The notes below the pieces were generated by a model that saw only the letters and a list, made by a program, of their open reading frames with translations, searched no databases and was not told the DNA's origin. Shown piece by piece: positions 28,920 through 41,700 of a stretch of 64,000 bases of DNA (position 1 is the first letter of the stretch; every line of letters begins with the position of its first letter). Source of the DNA: a virus. The position numbers and the translations under genes are program-made. The stretch is taken from positions 3,489 through 67,488 of the IMG/VR virus record IMGVR_UViG_3300046002_001345. One strand, given 5' to 3'.

Positions 28920-30197
28920 TTAAATTTGATACCAAATATCACCCACGGTGGCTGTGCCGCTCGGTGCACTTGTACTAACAGTTTTTGCACCTTGACTATT
29001 TTGACCAGCAGTTTGTACATATCCAGATACAAACGCCTGAGTGGCCATGGTGTTTCCAGATAGTGTTATGCTGTTAACCCCAATGGCTACATTACCCACG
29101 GTAACCGCACTAGCTGTTACATTACCATTTAAGCTACCGTTAAATGTTGTAGCATATACTGCGGCAAATTTTGTAGCACTAGCACCAATGTCAATAGTTC
29201 CGTCAGCACTCGGCACTATTTTATTTTGTAGTGTTGTGATATCAACTAATGTAGTTGTTCCGCTTAAGGTTGTTGCTCCAGTAACACCTAAAGTACCTGT
29301 TACTGATAGATCATTATCTACTGTAACACTAGCATCGGCGCCGCTAATACCAATTGCCCTAGTTAGTGTACCTATATTTGAATAAAAATTTAAATTATAT
29401 CCATTTAATAGACTTTGTACTGCTACCTCAGTGGTAGAAGTTATTTGATTTAATACTAATGCTGTGCTAACTACTAAATTACCCACACCTAAACTATAAG
29501 GAGTGCTTGCGGGTTGATCGGCACGTAAAAATTGATTAGATCCTACACCGTTAAGTTTCAATGCATTACTAGCATCGCCTGTAAGCTGCGCACTGGCAAC
29601 GGCTGTTGGCCCTGCCAGGTTAAAACCAGGATAAATTATACTATATCCATTGATAGAAGTCTGCGGAGTAAATGCACTACTAGAACTAAAAATACCCACA
29701 ACGGTATTTTCAATATACAATTTAACTACCACATGATCATTGCTACTAGAGTCTAAAATAGTTTCAACAATTGCACCACTGGTGCCGCCTGCTGAAGTAG
29801 TTGATGGCGGACCGATTAACTGCCAGCCACCGTTGTATGCATGCAGCTGATTATTAGTTGTATCAAACCATAGATCACCTAAACTCGACACCGCACCTAA
29901 TGGTTCAACGTCTTGCGCCAACGAGCTACTAATTGGTTTCCATTTATTAAGACCAGTATTCCACACTTTTAAAGTGTTAACACTAGTGTCATACCATATT
30001 TGACCTGTTAGTTTCTGACTTGGTGCTGTATTTGCGGAGAAATTTTCTAATAAGTGAATAAAGTTTTCGTTAAGAAACGCACCATACCCAGCATAATCTC
30101 TACCTATGAGAGTTAATGCTGTACTTGTAGTATTAATCGTTGCGTCTTGTACAGTTGCTACCGGAGCACCTGAAGTAGTTGTTATTGAATATGGCAT
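28920..30197 (-). CDS. tail fibre/baseplate fibre protein
   Basis: Shared anchor domain TLIGRDYAGYG...ENF..LLENF, GQIWYD, GDLWFD; C-terminal VSTSAPS...GDIWYQ. Confidence 0.78.
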   Translation of the reverse strand: MPYSITTTSGAPVATVQDATINTTSTALTLIGRDYAGYGAFLNENFIHLLENFSANTAPSQKLTGQIWYDTSVNTLKVWNTGLNKWKPISSSLAQDVEPLGAVSSLGDLWFDTTNNQLHAYNGGWQLIGPPSTTSAGGTSGAIVETILDSSSNDHVVVKLYIENTVVGIFSSSSAFTPQTSINGYSIIYPGFNLAGPTAVASAQLTGDASNALKLNGVGSNQFLRADQPASTPYSLGVGNLVVSTALVLNQITSTTEVAVQSLLNGYNLNFYSNIGTLTRAIGISGADASVTVDNDLSVTGTLGVTGATTLSGTTTLVDITTLQNKIVPSADGTIDIGASATKFAAVYATTFNGSLNGNVTASAVTVGNVAIGVNSITLSGNTMATQAFVSGYVQTAGQNSQGAKTVSTSAPSGTATVGDIWYQI

Positions 30198-30211
30198 TCT
30201 TTTACCTTATG

Positions 30212-31909
30212 TTATTCTGCATACTGGAACCAAAAGTCGCCGTTGTTGCTTCCAATATCATTTACACCTGGGTTAGGTGCTGCATTACTTACAAATTTAG
30301 CACTACCGCCCCACCATGTAGTTGCTGTTTTAGCAAATTGTGTTGTGGCAATTAAAGTGTTTCCAGTTGTGTTATATGTTTGACCTTGTGTTGAGGCCGT
30401 TGCACCATTATTTAACACCACACCACTTGATGCGGCTGTTAAAACGGTTGTACCGTCAATGACAATATTAGCACTACCTGTGCCACTATCGTTTACCCAT
30501 ATATGGGTGTTATTTTGATAAATCTTATAGCTAAAGAAGCCAGAATTATTAACAACGAATGCAGTTGTAGCAACCATACTGTTAGCTGTTCCTGCTGGTG
30601 CTGTATCTGCTGTTGGTACACCATATAATACTGTGTCATTAAATTTGTTATCTACATAATTTGTCATAGCAACGTTTGCTTCATAGACAAACGCCGTAGT
30701 TGCGATTGTAGTGTTGGCCGAACCCGGATTCATTGTAACACTGCGTGGTAGGCCTGTTAGCGTAGGACTTGCAATATTTGCTTTTAATACAATATTGCCA
30801 TCTAATATATCTCTAAAGTTATCTGAGTAACCTTTTAATGCTAAGTTTGCACCTTGTACAAATGCTGTAGTTGCAATACTAACACTATTATCACTGTCTG
30901 CTGGTGTAGGTGCTTGTGGATTACCTGTTAGTGTTGGGCTTGCAATGTTTGCTTTTAATACAATGTTTGCATCAACATAACGTTTAGAAGTGATACCGTC
31001 CGGTGTTACAGGATCTACACCAACTTCTACATAACCGTTTGTGCCGTCAATATGTAGATAACGTGTTTTTGTGCCGCCTGTGGTAGCATAAAGATCAATA
31101 TCAGTATTACTAATACTATTCCATAGTACAAGAGTATTAGCAGAATCAATTGTTAAGTTAGCATTATTATATGCGCCAATGGTTACACCACTATTATTTA
31201 GAATAGTTAAATTGCCTGTGCCGCTATTATTTTGATTGTTACGGAAATAGTTGGCCGCCGGTTGTGCGCCTAAGTAACTAGCATTGTTAGCAGTGCCCCA
31301 AATAGTACCATTGGTACTAGTTGTGGTCATATTATAACCAACTTGAATTGAGGTAAATCCAGAAATACTTACGTTAGGAGTAAATTGGTCTTGACTGATA
31401 ATTGCGGTACGAGTACCATTTAAGTATATTGATACAACATCATGTGATACAGTGCCGTCTGAAATTTGTTCGTATAAGGCGCCGCTCTTACCACTAGGTG
31501 TTGGGTAGCCCGGGCCGACTAAAATCCAACCTGCAGCATCATACGGACTTGTGCCATCGTAACAGTATAATTGTTTGTTGATACTATGCCACCAAAAATC
31601 ACCGCCTATAGTAGTACTAGGTGCTGTTGATGAATATGTAGCACTACCTACGTTTTTCCAAGCACTACCTGTGTATACTTTAACTAACTTGTTACCACTA
31701 TCATACCAAATTTGTCCAGTGTTAGGATTATTAGGGCTTACATTGTTACTAAAATTAACAAGTAATGCTACTAAATCTTCTGCTATGATTTCACCATAAC
31801 CGCTGTAGTTACGACCTACTAAGGTTAAACTAGATGCCGAAGTATCTATAGTTCCATCTAAGATTGTTGTTAGTAGTTGTCCATCTGGTAAATTTACAAT
31901 GTATGACAT
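30212..31909 (-). CDS. tail fibre protein with ASPTLTG/ATTAFV fibre repeats
   Basis: Shared anchor domain TLVGRNYSGYGE; KANIASPTLTG twice; ATTAFV-like four times; C-terminal GDFWFQ. Confidence 0.8.
   Translation of the reverse strand: MSYIVNLPDGQLLTTILDGTIDTSASSLTLVGRNYSGYGEIIAEDLVALLVNFSNNVSPNNPNTGQIWYDSGNKLVKVYTGSAWKNVGSATYSSTAPSTTIGGDFWWHSINKQLYCYDGTSPYDAAGWILVGPGYPTPSGKSGALYEQISDGTVSHDVVSIYLNGTRTAIISQDQFTPNVSISGFTSIQVGYNMTTTSTNGTIWGTANNASYLGAQPAANYFRNNQNNSGTGNLTILNNSGVTIGAYNNANLTIDSANTLVLWNSISNTDIDLYATTGGTKTRYLHIDGTNGYVEVGVDPVTPDGITSKRYVDANIVLKANIASPTLTGNPQAPTPADSDNSVSIATTAFVQGANLALKGYSDNFRDILDGNIVLKANIASPTLTGLPRSVTMNPGSANTTIATTAFVYEANVAMTNYVDNKFNDTVLYGVPTADTAPAGTANSMVATTAFVVNNSGFFSYKIYQNNTHIWVNDSGTGSANIVIDGTTVLTAASSGVVLNNGATASTQGQTYNTTGNTLIATTQFAKTATTWWGGSAKFVSNAAPNPGVNDIGSNNGDFWFQYAE
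30753..30967. repeat. imperfect ~44-bp direct repeat with 171-nt period inside fibre gene
   Basis: cctgttag...tgcaat.tttgcttttaatacaat starting at 30753 and 30924; encodes NIVLKANIASPTLTG twice. Confidence 0.8.
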
Positions 31910-31922
31910 TTTATTATCCTAA

Positions 31923-32537
31923 TTATGCTGTCAAGTTAGTTAGAGTTTGTACTCGAACTGTATATTCTATTTGTATTAAACGATTCAACGCTTTTTGCAC
32001 CGGGCTAAAAATCACGTGTGTTAATAATGGCAAGCCGGCTCCTAAACCGCTTGCACCTGGTATGTGGCCAAATAAGCCTAGTTCATCAAATACATAGTCA
32101 CCGGACAATGTTTGACTATTATCAAATACTGCTTGCCCACTAGGCTCGCCGTAGTCTAATAAACAACTAACCACAATATCAGTATACTTTAATCCAGGAG
32201 TATGATTTACAATCATTTTATTGTTCGCAGGATCAGTATTTGCTGCATTTGTGTCATCTACAATTTTATAGTATGTAGGATTATACAAGTCAGCATTAGC
32301 CACATTAGTATTTGTTGGCAGATACGTAATAACACCGGTTGGGTCAACGGTAGTTCCCCCGTTACCAAAGTGCATCTCAGTAATAAAGTTTTGACTTTTA
32401 TTTGCAGCATTTTGCGCCAAACATACTGAGAAATTTTCATAGTGGATAGCATTAGTTTTATCAACAAATACTTCTTTGGTGATAGGATCAAAAATCTTAA
32501 CCATACCAATAATGTCTAAGTTCATCGTTGATTTCAT
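31923..32537 (-). CDS. baseplate/tail-collar-like structural protein (start corrected to 32537)
   Basis: ITEMHFGNGG...FDELGLF...LLTHVIF...IEYTVRV; ATG 1 nt after the stop of the upstream small ORF. Confidence 0.7.
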   Translation of the reverse strand: MKSTMNLDIIGMVKIFDPITKEVFVDKTNAIHYENFSVCLAQNAANKSQNFITEMHFGNGGTTVDPTGVITYLPTNTNVANADLYNPTYYKIVDDTNAANTDPANNKMIVNHTPGLKYTDIVVSCLLDYGEPSGQAVFDNSQTLSGDYVFDELGLFGHIPGASGLGAGLPLLTHVIFSPVQKALNRLIQIEYTVRVQTLTNLTA

Positions 32538-32538
32538 A

Positions 32539-32679
32539 CTATGCTCGTCCGTCCATAAAAACTTCTTTTGTCTCTGGGTCAAATATTTTAATATGCCCTT
32601 GTATATGTATACCGCCACGCTCGTCGGGTTGTTTTTGAGGTTGTGTTTCCACTTTCTCTTCTTGTTTATTTGTATCCAT
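32539..32679 (-). CDS. 46-aa protein MDTNKQEEKVETQPQKQPDERGGIHIQGHIKIFDPETKEVFMDGRA (not in ORF track)
   Basis: Translated by hand; 5 nt after a late promoter; C-terminus matches the N-terminus of the next gene. Confidence 0.75.
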   Translation of the reverse strand: MDTNKQEEKVETQPQKQPDERGGIHIQGHIKIFDPETKEVFMDGRA

Positions 32680-32684
32680 ATTCT

Positions 32685-32692
32685 TATTTATC
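32685..32692 (-). promoter_or_regulatory. T4-type late promoter (GATAAATA)
   Basis: Intergenic TAAGATAAATA followed by 5 nt and ATG. Confidence 0.7.
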
Positions 32693-32713
32693 TTATCCAT
32701 AATCTACAATTAT

Positions 32714-35700
32714 TTAAGCTGTTATAGTACCCGTGGCTGACGCAAACGGTATTAGCCCGTAAATGCTGTTAAATGTAGTAGTACATCTAACTTGATATCC
32801 TATTGGTCCTGTTGGGTACCATGCGTGCGCAGGATCATTTAAGTTAACTAAACTTAAGGTGTTATTTGTACCTTGAGCAAACTGTATTCCATCAATATAA
32901 GTCCAGCTATCAGTAATTACATTCCAAGTAATACCGTCAGCAGACCATTCCCATGTATACTTCATTGTTCTGCTGGACGCAGGTAGTAGGCTTTCAGTGG
33001 CTGAACTAGTAACAACTACACCAAATACATCAGAAATTGTTACGTTAGATGCAAATCTTGCTGTGCTTGCGTTTACTGCTAGGCTCCAGTTAGTAACCGG
33101 TGTATTGATTACATAAGTATAGATGTTTGTTGGGTCATATGATGGCCAATCTTTTATAAACATTGCTGCACTAGTTGTTGAACCAACTAATCCATTGCCT
33201 TCTAATATATTTCCTCCAGTTCCTGAATTGTAAAGTACATTAGCATTTACCATTAAATTACCGTATACTGTATCTGGTAATGTTTGGTTAGGACTAGCAT
33301 CAGTTACCCGTACACCCACTGGATATAATACATTAGCACCGGTACCTTGGGTACCGCGGCGTATTTGGCCAAGTACATTTGTACCAGGTAAGTAGCTGAT
33401 GTTTGCAGTACTTACATAGTTCCAACTATTAGCATTAACGTTACCAGTAACAATATAGTTATTACCTGCATAGTTAATTGCAGTGCCCGCAGCGTATGCT
33501 GTATTAGCTGACCATACCACAGGAGTATAGATATTTTTTTTGTAATACGTGATACGTTCACCGTTAATAAACACTACACCAGGGCGAGCATATAATGGAC
33601 TAGGTTCAGTTAATAATGTTGCATCTATAACATAAATGTTAGCATCTGTAATACTTAAATTAGTTGATAATTGTGTGGTATTGGCAGTTGAAATCTTCAA
33701 ATATGCTGGTTCGTTAACCATATTATCAAATATACGATAAGCAGCTACGTTTGCACCAACTTTAGTATAGATACGCATATCTAACGTGTCAAACGTAATA
33801 CCCGGTACAAGTTCTTCCGGAGCACGGCTATGATATGTATCAATAAATTGACCACCCTGTGTTACTATATCTTCAGGTGCTGTACCCAATGCAATGTTAG
33901 CATATAGGCTATACAATGCTTGATCATACACGCTTGTTGATAATAATGCAATACCATCCTTGCTAAATTGTACAGGATCATACGGTGCAATATCATAACT
34001 ACGTCCAAATAATGGATTTAGCGTAAATGGTACGCTTTGCGTTACTGATGTTGGATATGTTACTCCTGGTACTAATTGTTCTAAGCTGTCATAACGTGCT
34101 GTGATAGTTGTATCAGTAGCTAGTGTTACGTTGGTACTTAGTGTAACCTGTGTTACTTTAATTGGGATGCCGCCAAAGCTAATATTAGCCAATGTAAGAT
34201 TACCACTGATTGTATCTGTTAAGTTAACGCTGTTTGTTGTATAGTTAACACTTACAATAGTGGCTTCAAATCCAATATTAGCACCAGTTACATACTGTCC
34301 AACTTGTAGACCCGACATGTTGGTAATATTTTCAATTGCAGTACTGCCTTTGTATAGATTACCATAAAAGTGTCCCAGGCTATTAACTTGTAAATTAATA
34401 TTACCAATTAGACCCGTTACATAGCCCGCTTGTACACCACTTTCACCAATATACATATTTTTAGCAAGACTGGCTGCATTATACACATAGATAGTGTTTG
34501 TGTTAGTGGCTGTATTAGCCATAGTTACCGCAGTTTGTATAGTATCCACCGCCGGCATTACGTTTGCTGGCTCGTAGTAACCAATAATACGGTCGTTAGC
34601 ATTGCTAAAGTAGCTTGCTGGACATACTGTATAATCACTAGGTATGAACTGTGTTGAGGTTGTGATATTAGAATTTATAAAATACGCTTTACGTAGCATA
34701 ACATTGCCGTCTTGGAATGCATAGGTAATGATATCACCGCTACTTACACGACCATTAGCATCAAACTGTGTTTGAATGTAGGTAGTATTAGCTGTCCACA
34801 CCTTGACATTACTTGTATAGTTAATACGGTCAAATTTAAGTGTGCTGTTAAATGAACGCACTACAGGGTTTTTCATTACTGCATACGCAGTAGCAACGGT
34901 ACCTGCATTTATACTTGTATATCCGAAGCTAATTGCAGTGCCGGTAAATGAGGAAATATTAGCCGACGACATGGTAATTTGACTGTTTGCACTGTCAATT
35001 GCCGCAATCACTGTGGTTGCATCAAATGCTGTGTTTGCGCTCATTCCAGTGAATAAACCAGCAGTTGAATTAATAGTGTATGTGGATGATATTAAGTTTA
35101 CATTGCCACCAATAACTACAATATTACCTACTACAGAACCATTTACAATTACAGTTGGGGTTGTGGTGTAGCCTGAGCCACTGTTTGTCACTGTAATAGA
35201 AATTAAACTACCCGAATTACCATCAAGAGTTGCAGTGGCCGTGGCACCGTTTCCATTACCGTCAGTGCTGATAATAGTTATCGCAGGTGGAAGGATGTAT
35301 CCTTTACCGGCATTTTCAATTCTAATGCCATCTACTACAAGATTTCTATTATTGTACCATTGGTTATACGGCCATGTTTGCCATGTTGCTGAATCCTTGG
35401 CCACATACGGTGCTTCTCCGCTCGGACTACGGAACATTGATGTAAGACCAAATGTATCATAGTAAGCCGGTAAGTCAAAGTCTGTAATATCGCCGCCAAA
35501 AGTGTCATTGCCTGTATAATCTAATAGATATTCACGTATCTTAGTACGGTACGGTTTAACTTCTTCAATGTAATTTTGATAGTATGTTTGGTTATCAACT
35601 ACATAGCTCGGGAACTGACTTAGAGTTCTTAGTTTATGTGTGATACTAATAAAGCTAGATTTAAATAACCAATCTACATAAGTTTGTTCAGTTAATAGAT

Positions 35701-38700
35701 AGTTAATCATTACAAAGAACAAGTTATTAAATTCACCTTGTAAGGTATTTTTAAAAATGTTATTATATAATGCTTGTACAATCGAACGAATTTCTTTGTT
35801 AGGATTTTGATCGTATCTGTTGCTATCAAAATCTTGATTACCAAACCCTAAATTATTATCTACATAATTACCTAGTGTAGTATCTAATTGTACTGTACCG
35901 TTTTGGATGCCTACTACACCCAATCCACCGCCAACCTCAACTACTACTAGTTGCCATGTATTATTACCTGTAGCGTTGCGAATATAAATTACACTGCCGG
36001 CAATTGCTTGTAATGCAAGTGCATTAACTGTAGTTTCTACGCTAAAGTCTGGTTTAGTTGAAGCACTATATCCTGTAGCATACCAGTCAGCATATGACCA
36101 ATAGATACTTGTTTTATAACTTTGTACTCTGGTGATCAGCCAACTCTTACTATCTGTTAATGTATATAAAACCCACAATCCGTTTTGTGATGTATCGTTT
36201 TTAACTAGTACACGGTATCCCGGTGATAACGGCAATGTGTCTATATACTCTAACTCAACTTCTGTCGACACTGCTTGATCATATTCACCTAATTTAAAAT
36301 TAGGCTCTGCTTCTTGAGCATTTAATCCGGTTAAGTCAAATTGTTCAGCAATAGGATTAATAGCAAAAATATCATTAACATATTGAATCATTTCATTGAC
36401 TGCTGATAGTCTATCAACAAACATACTTTGGCGTGGACGAATATCAACACCATATCGATCTGCTAAACTCAATGTTGGATCAGGCACCGTTGAACCCTGC
36501 TGGTCAATCCCTGCTAAACTGTCGACAAACTTGTTAACTAATTTAGTCGGAATCGGATTATTAGGATTACCTTTTTGTATTAACTCGTATTCACTGTGAA
36601 TCAAATCAGTGTTAATTTCTAATTGATGATCTAAGTGAACAATGGTATTATCGGAACTTAGGTAAGTAGCAACATTGTAGAATACAATAGCATTACTGCG
36701 TATCATAGCCGCATAAGGAATACCTTGTGATTTAGGATTTGCAATATAATCTACGATTGCCTTCACTGGCAAGGTACGGCTCGGTATCGTGTCATCTAAA
36801 TGAGTTTGATCGTATACCCAGAAAAAATACCTAGTAGTAATAATGCCTGTTGTCTGATCAACCGTAATTATTTCAACATACGCACTATCGTCTTCATGTT
36901 TAGGTATGCCCTGTAATGCTCCATTAGTGTTAACATATTGGCTTGGTAATACTGTGCTTTCTATCCATTCATACACATTAATCGAACTTCCTGGGAACAA
37001 CTCACCCCAATGTAGACTACGATAGGTTAGTGAATCTTGTTCGTAATCAATAAAGCGAACAGTACTTAAATCCCACCAAACTTTTCCTACTTGTTTGTCA
37101 CTCCAGTAGACACTAGAATTAATATCAGCTTCTGAGTTATATCCTTTATTATAAACAGCAGGATCGTATTCTGTCTTAAATGAAATATTTTCTTCTGCTT
37201 GTCCTAATATGCGCCCTTTAGCTGGATCAACAAATTGTAAATTTTCTTCAATTAAATTAGTTTGACTACTGTATAGGTACGCACGAGTTACACTATCTAA
37301 ATCAACTTTAGGAGATTGATAACGTATTAGTCCCCAGCCCCTAGCCATCGTAGGGTTACTAAACACATAGATACTACCGGATTTAGCAGGTGCACCCGCT
37401 GGTGCCATAAATGGTGCTGCAATAGTAATATATGCCCCTTCAATATCTAATGCATATCCAAATTGACCGCCGGGAATTAATATACCCGGGTCTAATTGTT
37501 GTGCAAATGCATATCGTCCCGGATCCTCTACATCATCACGTGGATCGTCATATAATTCGTAAATGTAAACACTACCACTACCTGGTATTCTATCATGTAG
37601 TCTAGTAGACGCCGCGTCAAATACAGTTCCGTTGGTCGTAGTACTCACATCAATGGTTGTAAGTTCTTTAGTAGTGCCTCGAGCACTACCAATCACTAGC
37701 ATGTATGCATTTGCTGCTAGTTTAACTTTTGTACCAAAATATTCACCAGGTAACCCGTAAGGATTAACAATAATCTGCATGAATGCAAATACAATCATTT
37801 CAGATTCTGCAAGTACACCTGCACTACTAGAATTCGTAATGCCTGAAAGTATACGTAGTTGGTCTTTGGCAACTTTAACATCTGAGTCTAAACGTAAATA
37901 TCCGTTTTCATTTGTGGCTGTTACTCCTAAAATGTTAGCGTCATTTACATCTTGTACAAATTCGTCTAAGGTAGTTAACCTAACTGCAACATTTGATGCA
38001 GTCCACGAGTTATTAATTGCTACGTTTGCACCTGTTGAGAATACGTAGGCGTTTTGATATCCTGAAACTTTAACAATGTCACCTGTAGTACTTTCTGTCA
38101 CTCGCACGTTAGCGCCAGTGCTTGGTTGTGTGATCCAATCTCCAGTACTTACAGTTACGTTGCCTGTTAGGCCTAGACTAATACGAACTTCAAAATTGTT
38201 TAAACGAATTGTATCAACTGGATTAAATGTTGGGTTTAGTACATAGCCCGTGTCAGTACCATACAATCTACCGCGGTTATGGAATTTCCATACGGCACCA
38301 CTGTTATATTCTGTACCGTTATCATAATATGGTGCACCAATGTAAATCGCACAGTTATTACTACAAATTGTTAAGCTCGTACCGAACGCAGCGTTTGCCT
38401 GAATTGCAGCTAAGCCGCCTGTTAAACTATCTACACCGATTAGGCGTTCTAGGTAGTTAAATTTATTAACCTCAACAAGAATAACCTGGCCAATTGCAGG
38501 CGGATTAGTAAATCTGATTGTATTAGTACCTACTACTGTATATTGTATATTTTCAATACCGTCAATGGTAACTTTATGTACAGTTGCAATGATATTTTCA
38601 GTGTTATAGTCTTGGCCACCTGTACCAGCTACTGCATCAGTAACTGAATTAAATGCTTCAATAACACGATCGTATACATAAACTGCACCAGCACCCAATT

Positions 38701-41700
38701 GAAGTATACCGTTGATATCTTCAACGGTATCGCCGGGGGCACCAACAGCTACCTGTGCACCATCAAAACTTGAGGAAATAGCATATCCAAACTGTGCCCA
38801 ACTGTTACCAGTAGGAACAGTTAATTTTTGTACCAAGGCATAGTAAGGGCGTTGCGTAATAGTAACGGTCGTTGCAGAAATATTAGCATTGCTGGCAATA
38901 TTACCGTTGTTGATAAATCTAACGGTACGTGTGCTGTAATCGAATACATAGTCAATATTAGGTATAAATGTTTTATCTAAACTAGTAACTAATAAACTAC
39001 TAGCATCACTACCCGAAGTAAAGTCTGGTGTAAATGAGTTTATCTGAATACTGCTCACTGCGGCATTGCTTCTTAGGTCGGTTGGATAAACACCATATGA
39101 TACTAAGTTACCACTACTTAAAACACTAATGTTAGCAAGTATAGTTAAGTTGGCATCAATTACCACATTACCGTCTGTGCCTGTTGTTACTTTTACAAAG
39201 TTTGTAATGTTATCAACAACAATTTCTGTGCTAGAAACTACACTAAGAACAGAAGTTCTTGCGCCAGTATTAGCCTGTATTAATACGTCAGTTGGGTTAA
39301 CTGAAATAGGACTGTTTAGGTATACAGTATTTTTGTTATTAACAGAAGTAAGCTGTGTTTGTACTGGAACATAACGTTTTAATCCGTATGCATAAACACT
39401 GTTATTACCCGGAGCACTGATGTATAACCACTCACCGTCTTGATTAAATGCCATACTGTAACCGAATTGGTCACCAGTAACATTACTTACAAGAATTTGA
39501 CTACGATCAAACGAGTAGCTTGATAAGGTTTTGTCATAGATATACACGTATCCGTTTCCTGACCAGCTACTCGGAGCACCGATTGCTACTTTAGTATTAC
39601 CAGCAGCTGTAGTTGCTAGATCAACTGAATGACCGTATGCATAGGTATTTGCGGCTGTTGGGGTCAATATGAGACCTTGATCAAATTCGCCTGCATAGTT
39701 TTTAAGGAACGTATTTACATAACCAATGCGTGTAGTAGATGATATAAATTTAGCGCCAGTGTCTATAGAAAGTATAGATAAGTTACCAGTTGAGTCAAAC
39801 GTAAAATTATTATTGTATTGACCAGCATATATGTTTCCACCTAGGTTGCTAACTAAAGTTAAGTTAGCACCAGACGAAACCTGTTCGATATAAGCACCAA
39901 CATTGGCGTTTAAATAGCCTGTTGTGGTAAATTGAATTTGTCCTTGTTGTGCTGCTCCGGCAACGATAATCAAACCGTCTGACGACATTTTTACTGAAGT
40001 CCCAAATCCGTCATTGGGCACATATTCACTACCGCCTTTAATTACCTCTTGATCCAGGCCCCACGGCGTTTGTTTTTCATATACCTTCCATGTGCCGCTA
40101 GGTTGTGTGCCAAATGGTTGACCTTGTACTGCGGTGGTTTCTGCATCTATGTCAATCCAAATCTTATCTCCAACTTTCCAGCCGTTGGGTGGATTTAACA
40201 ACCCGTACACACGACTTTCTTCCATGTATTTAAAGCGCATGCTATCTAAACGGAATAACATACCACTACCTGTTTGTGTAGTTAAGTTACCTAGGTTAGT
40301 AATATCGCCTGTATATCTTACCAAAAGACTCGATGCACCAGTTACACGTAGTACTTGATAGAAGCCGTTGTAGGCCGCGTCAAAATTCTTAACTAAGAAT
40401 ATATCATATTTAGAAAGGCCGTGTGGATTATCTGTAGTAAATGTAATATATCCATTCAGACTATTTGTCACTGCGGTGATCTGATTATTAGTTTCTGTTA
40501 CGCGAAATACATTCCAATCTTGCGTAAAGTCTTTAGCTACCCAAATTAGATAACCACTGCCCATATCTGCAATCTTATTATCCAAGTCAACATAATTTGT
40601 TAAGTCAAAAATTTGCAAATCTACGTCGTCAATATTTACATATCCTGCTGTAGGAATATCATTGTCATAGTCACTATTTTCAGTTCTGTTCAAAGCAACA
40701 TTAGCAGAGTATGCACCATATGATTTATGCAATTGTGTACTATTGAATATAGTAACCCCATTGGCTAAATTATTATCGGCAGCGTCTACAAAACTCGCCA
40801 CACTAGGGTTTACCCCAAATGCTTTTTCATCTAAGGCAATTTCAACAAACGGATTGCTAGTCAGTGCACCGTATTCACCAACACGCACTGCCCACTCTTC
40901 ATATAGTGCAATGTTGCTAGTTAGGTTATTAATAGTTGCTTTGGTAAACGCATCAACTGCATTCTTAGTACCTTTTTGCGCTACGTAACCTTTGTAGAAT
41001 TCAATTTGTGTTGTTTCTGTTAGACCTAAATCACTAAGGTATTGACGTTCTCTAAAGCCAATAAGTGCATGACTGTAGGCCATTTGATTTTTGTTACGTA
41101 TCTTAGCGTAACTATCATAAAATGATTGACTTTCTACAGCAATTGTGCTAAAATTAGGCAGTAGGCCTGTTTGTATTTCGTTCTTGCCTAACACCTGCCA
41201 GTTTTGGAACTGAAATGTTCCATTAGCGGGGATATCTCGAAGAGCAGTATAATATTGACTCTTGTATTGTACCAGATCACCTTTAAGATAATCTTGGCCT
41301 TGGTACCAGGCATCTACTACGCCGCTGTTATATATGTAACCTTCTGGGCTTAGACTACCGTCCCAATCTGCGGTGCGCTGACCAATTAGTTTTAAACGGA
41401 ACTGGCGGTTACCACTACTTGGTTGGTAGATAACGTCATTGAACACTGTGGTATTATCAAAAATTAGCGTATGTTCGTATTGCACCAATGAAACTTTTAC
41501 ATAACCGATAACACTGGCCTCATCTTGCAGCTCTAATTTGAACTCTGTAGGTGTTCTATAAACTGCATAATTGTTATTCTTAATAAGATTAAAGTTTTGG
41601 TCAACAACTCTACTACCGTATTGACTATCTTCGATGCCTTCTGTCACCGCACCGCTGGTAATGGCATTTAATGTGTTCGATACTGGACTTACTACTAAAA

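Noticed and set aside
30753-30967. Fibre-gene repeat as a diversity-generating retroelement TR/VR pair
   Set aside because: Differences are synonymous, not adenine-specific, the copies are in-frame protein repeats, and no reverse transcriptase is present
32538-32618. N-terminal extension MAVYIYKG... of ORF 31923..32618
   Set aside because: This region is better explained by the 46-aa ORF in another frame; the likely start is ATG 32537
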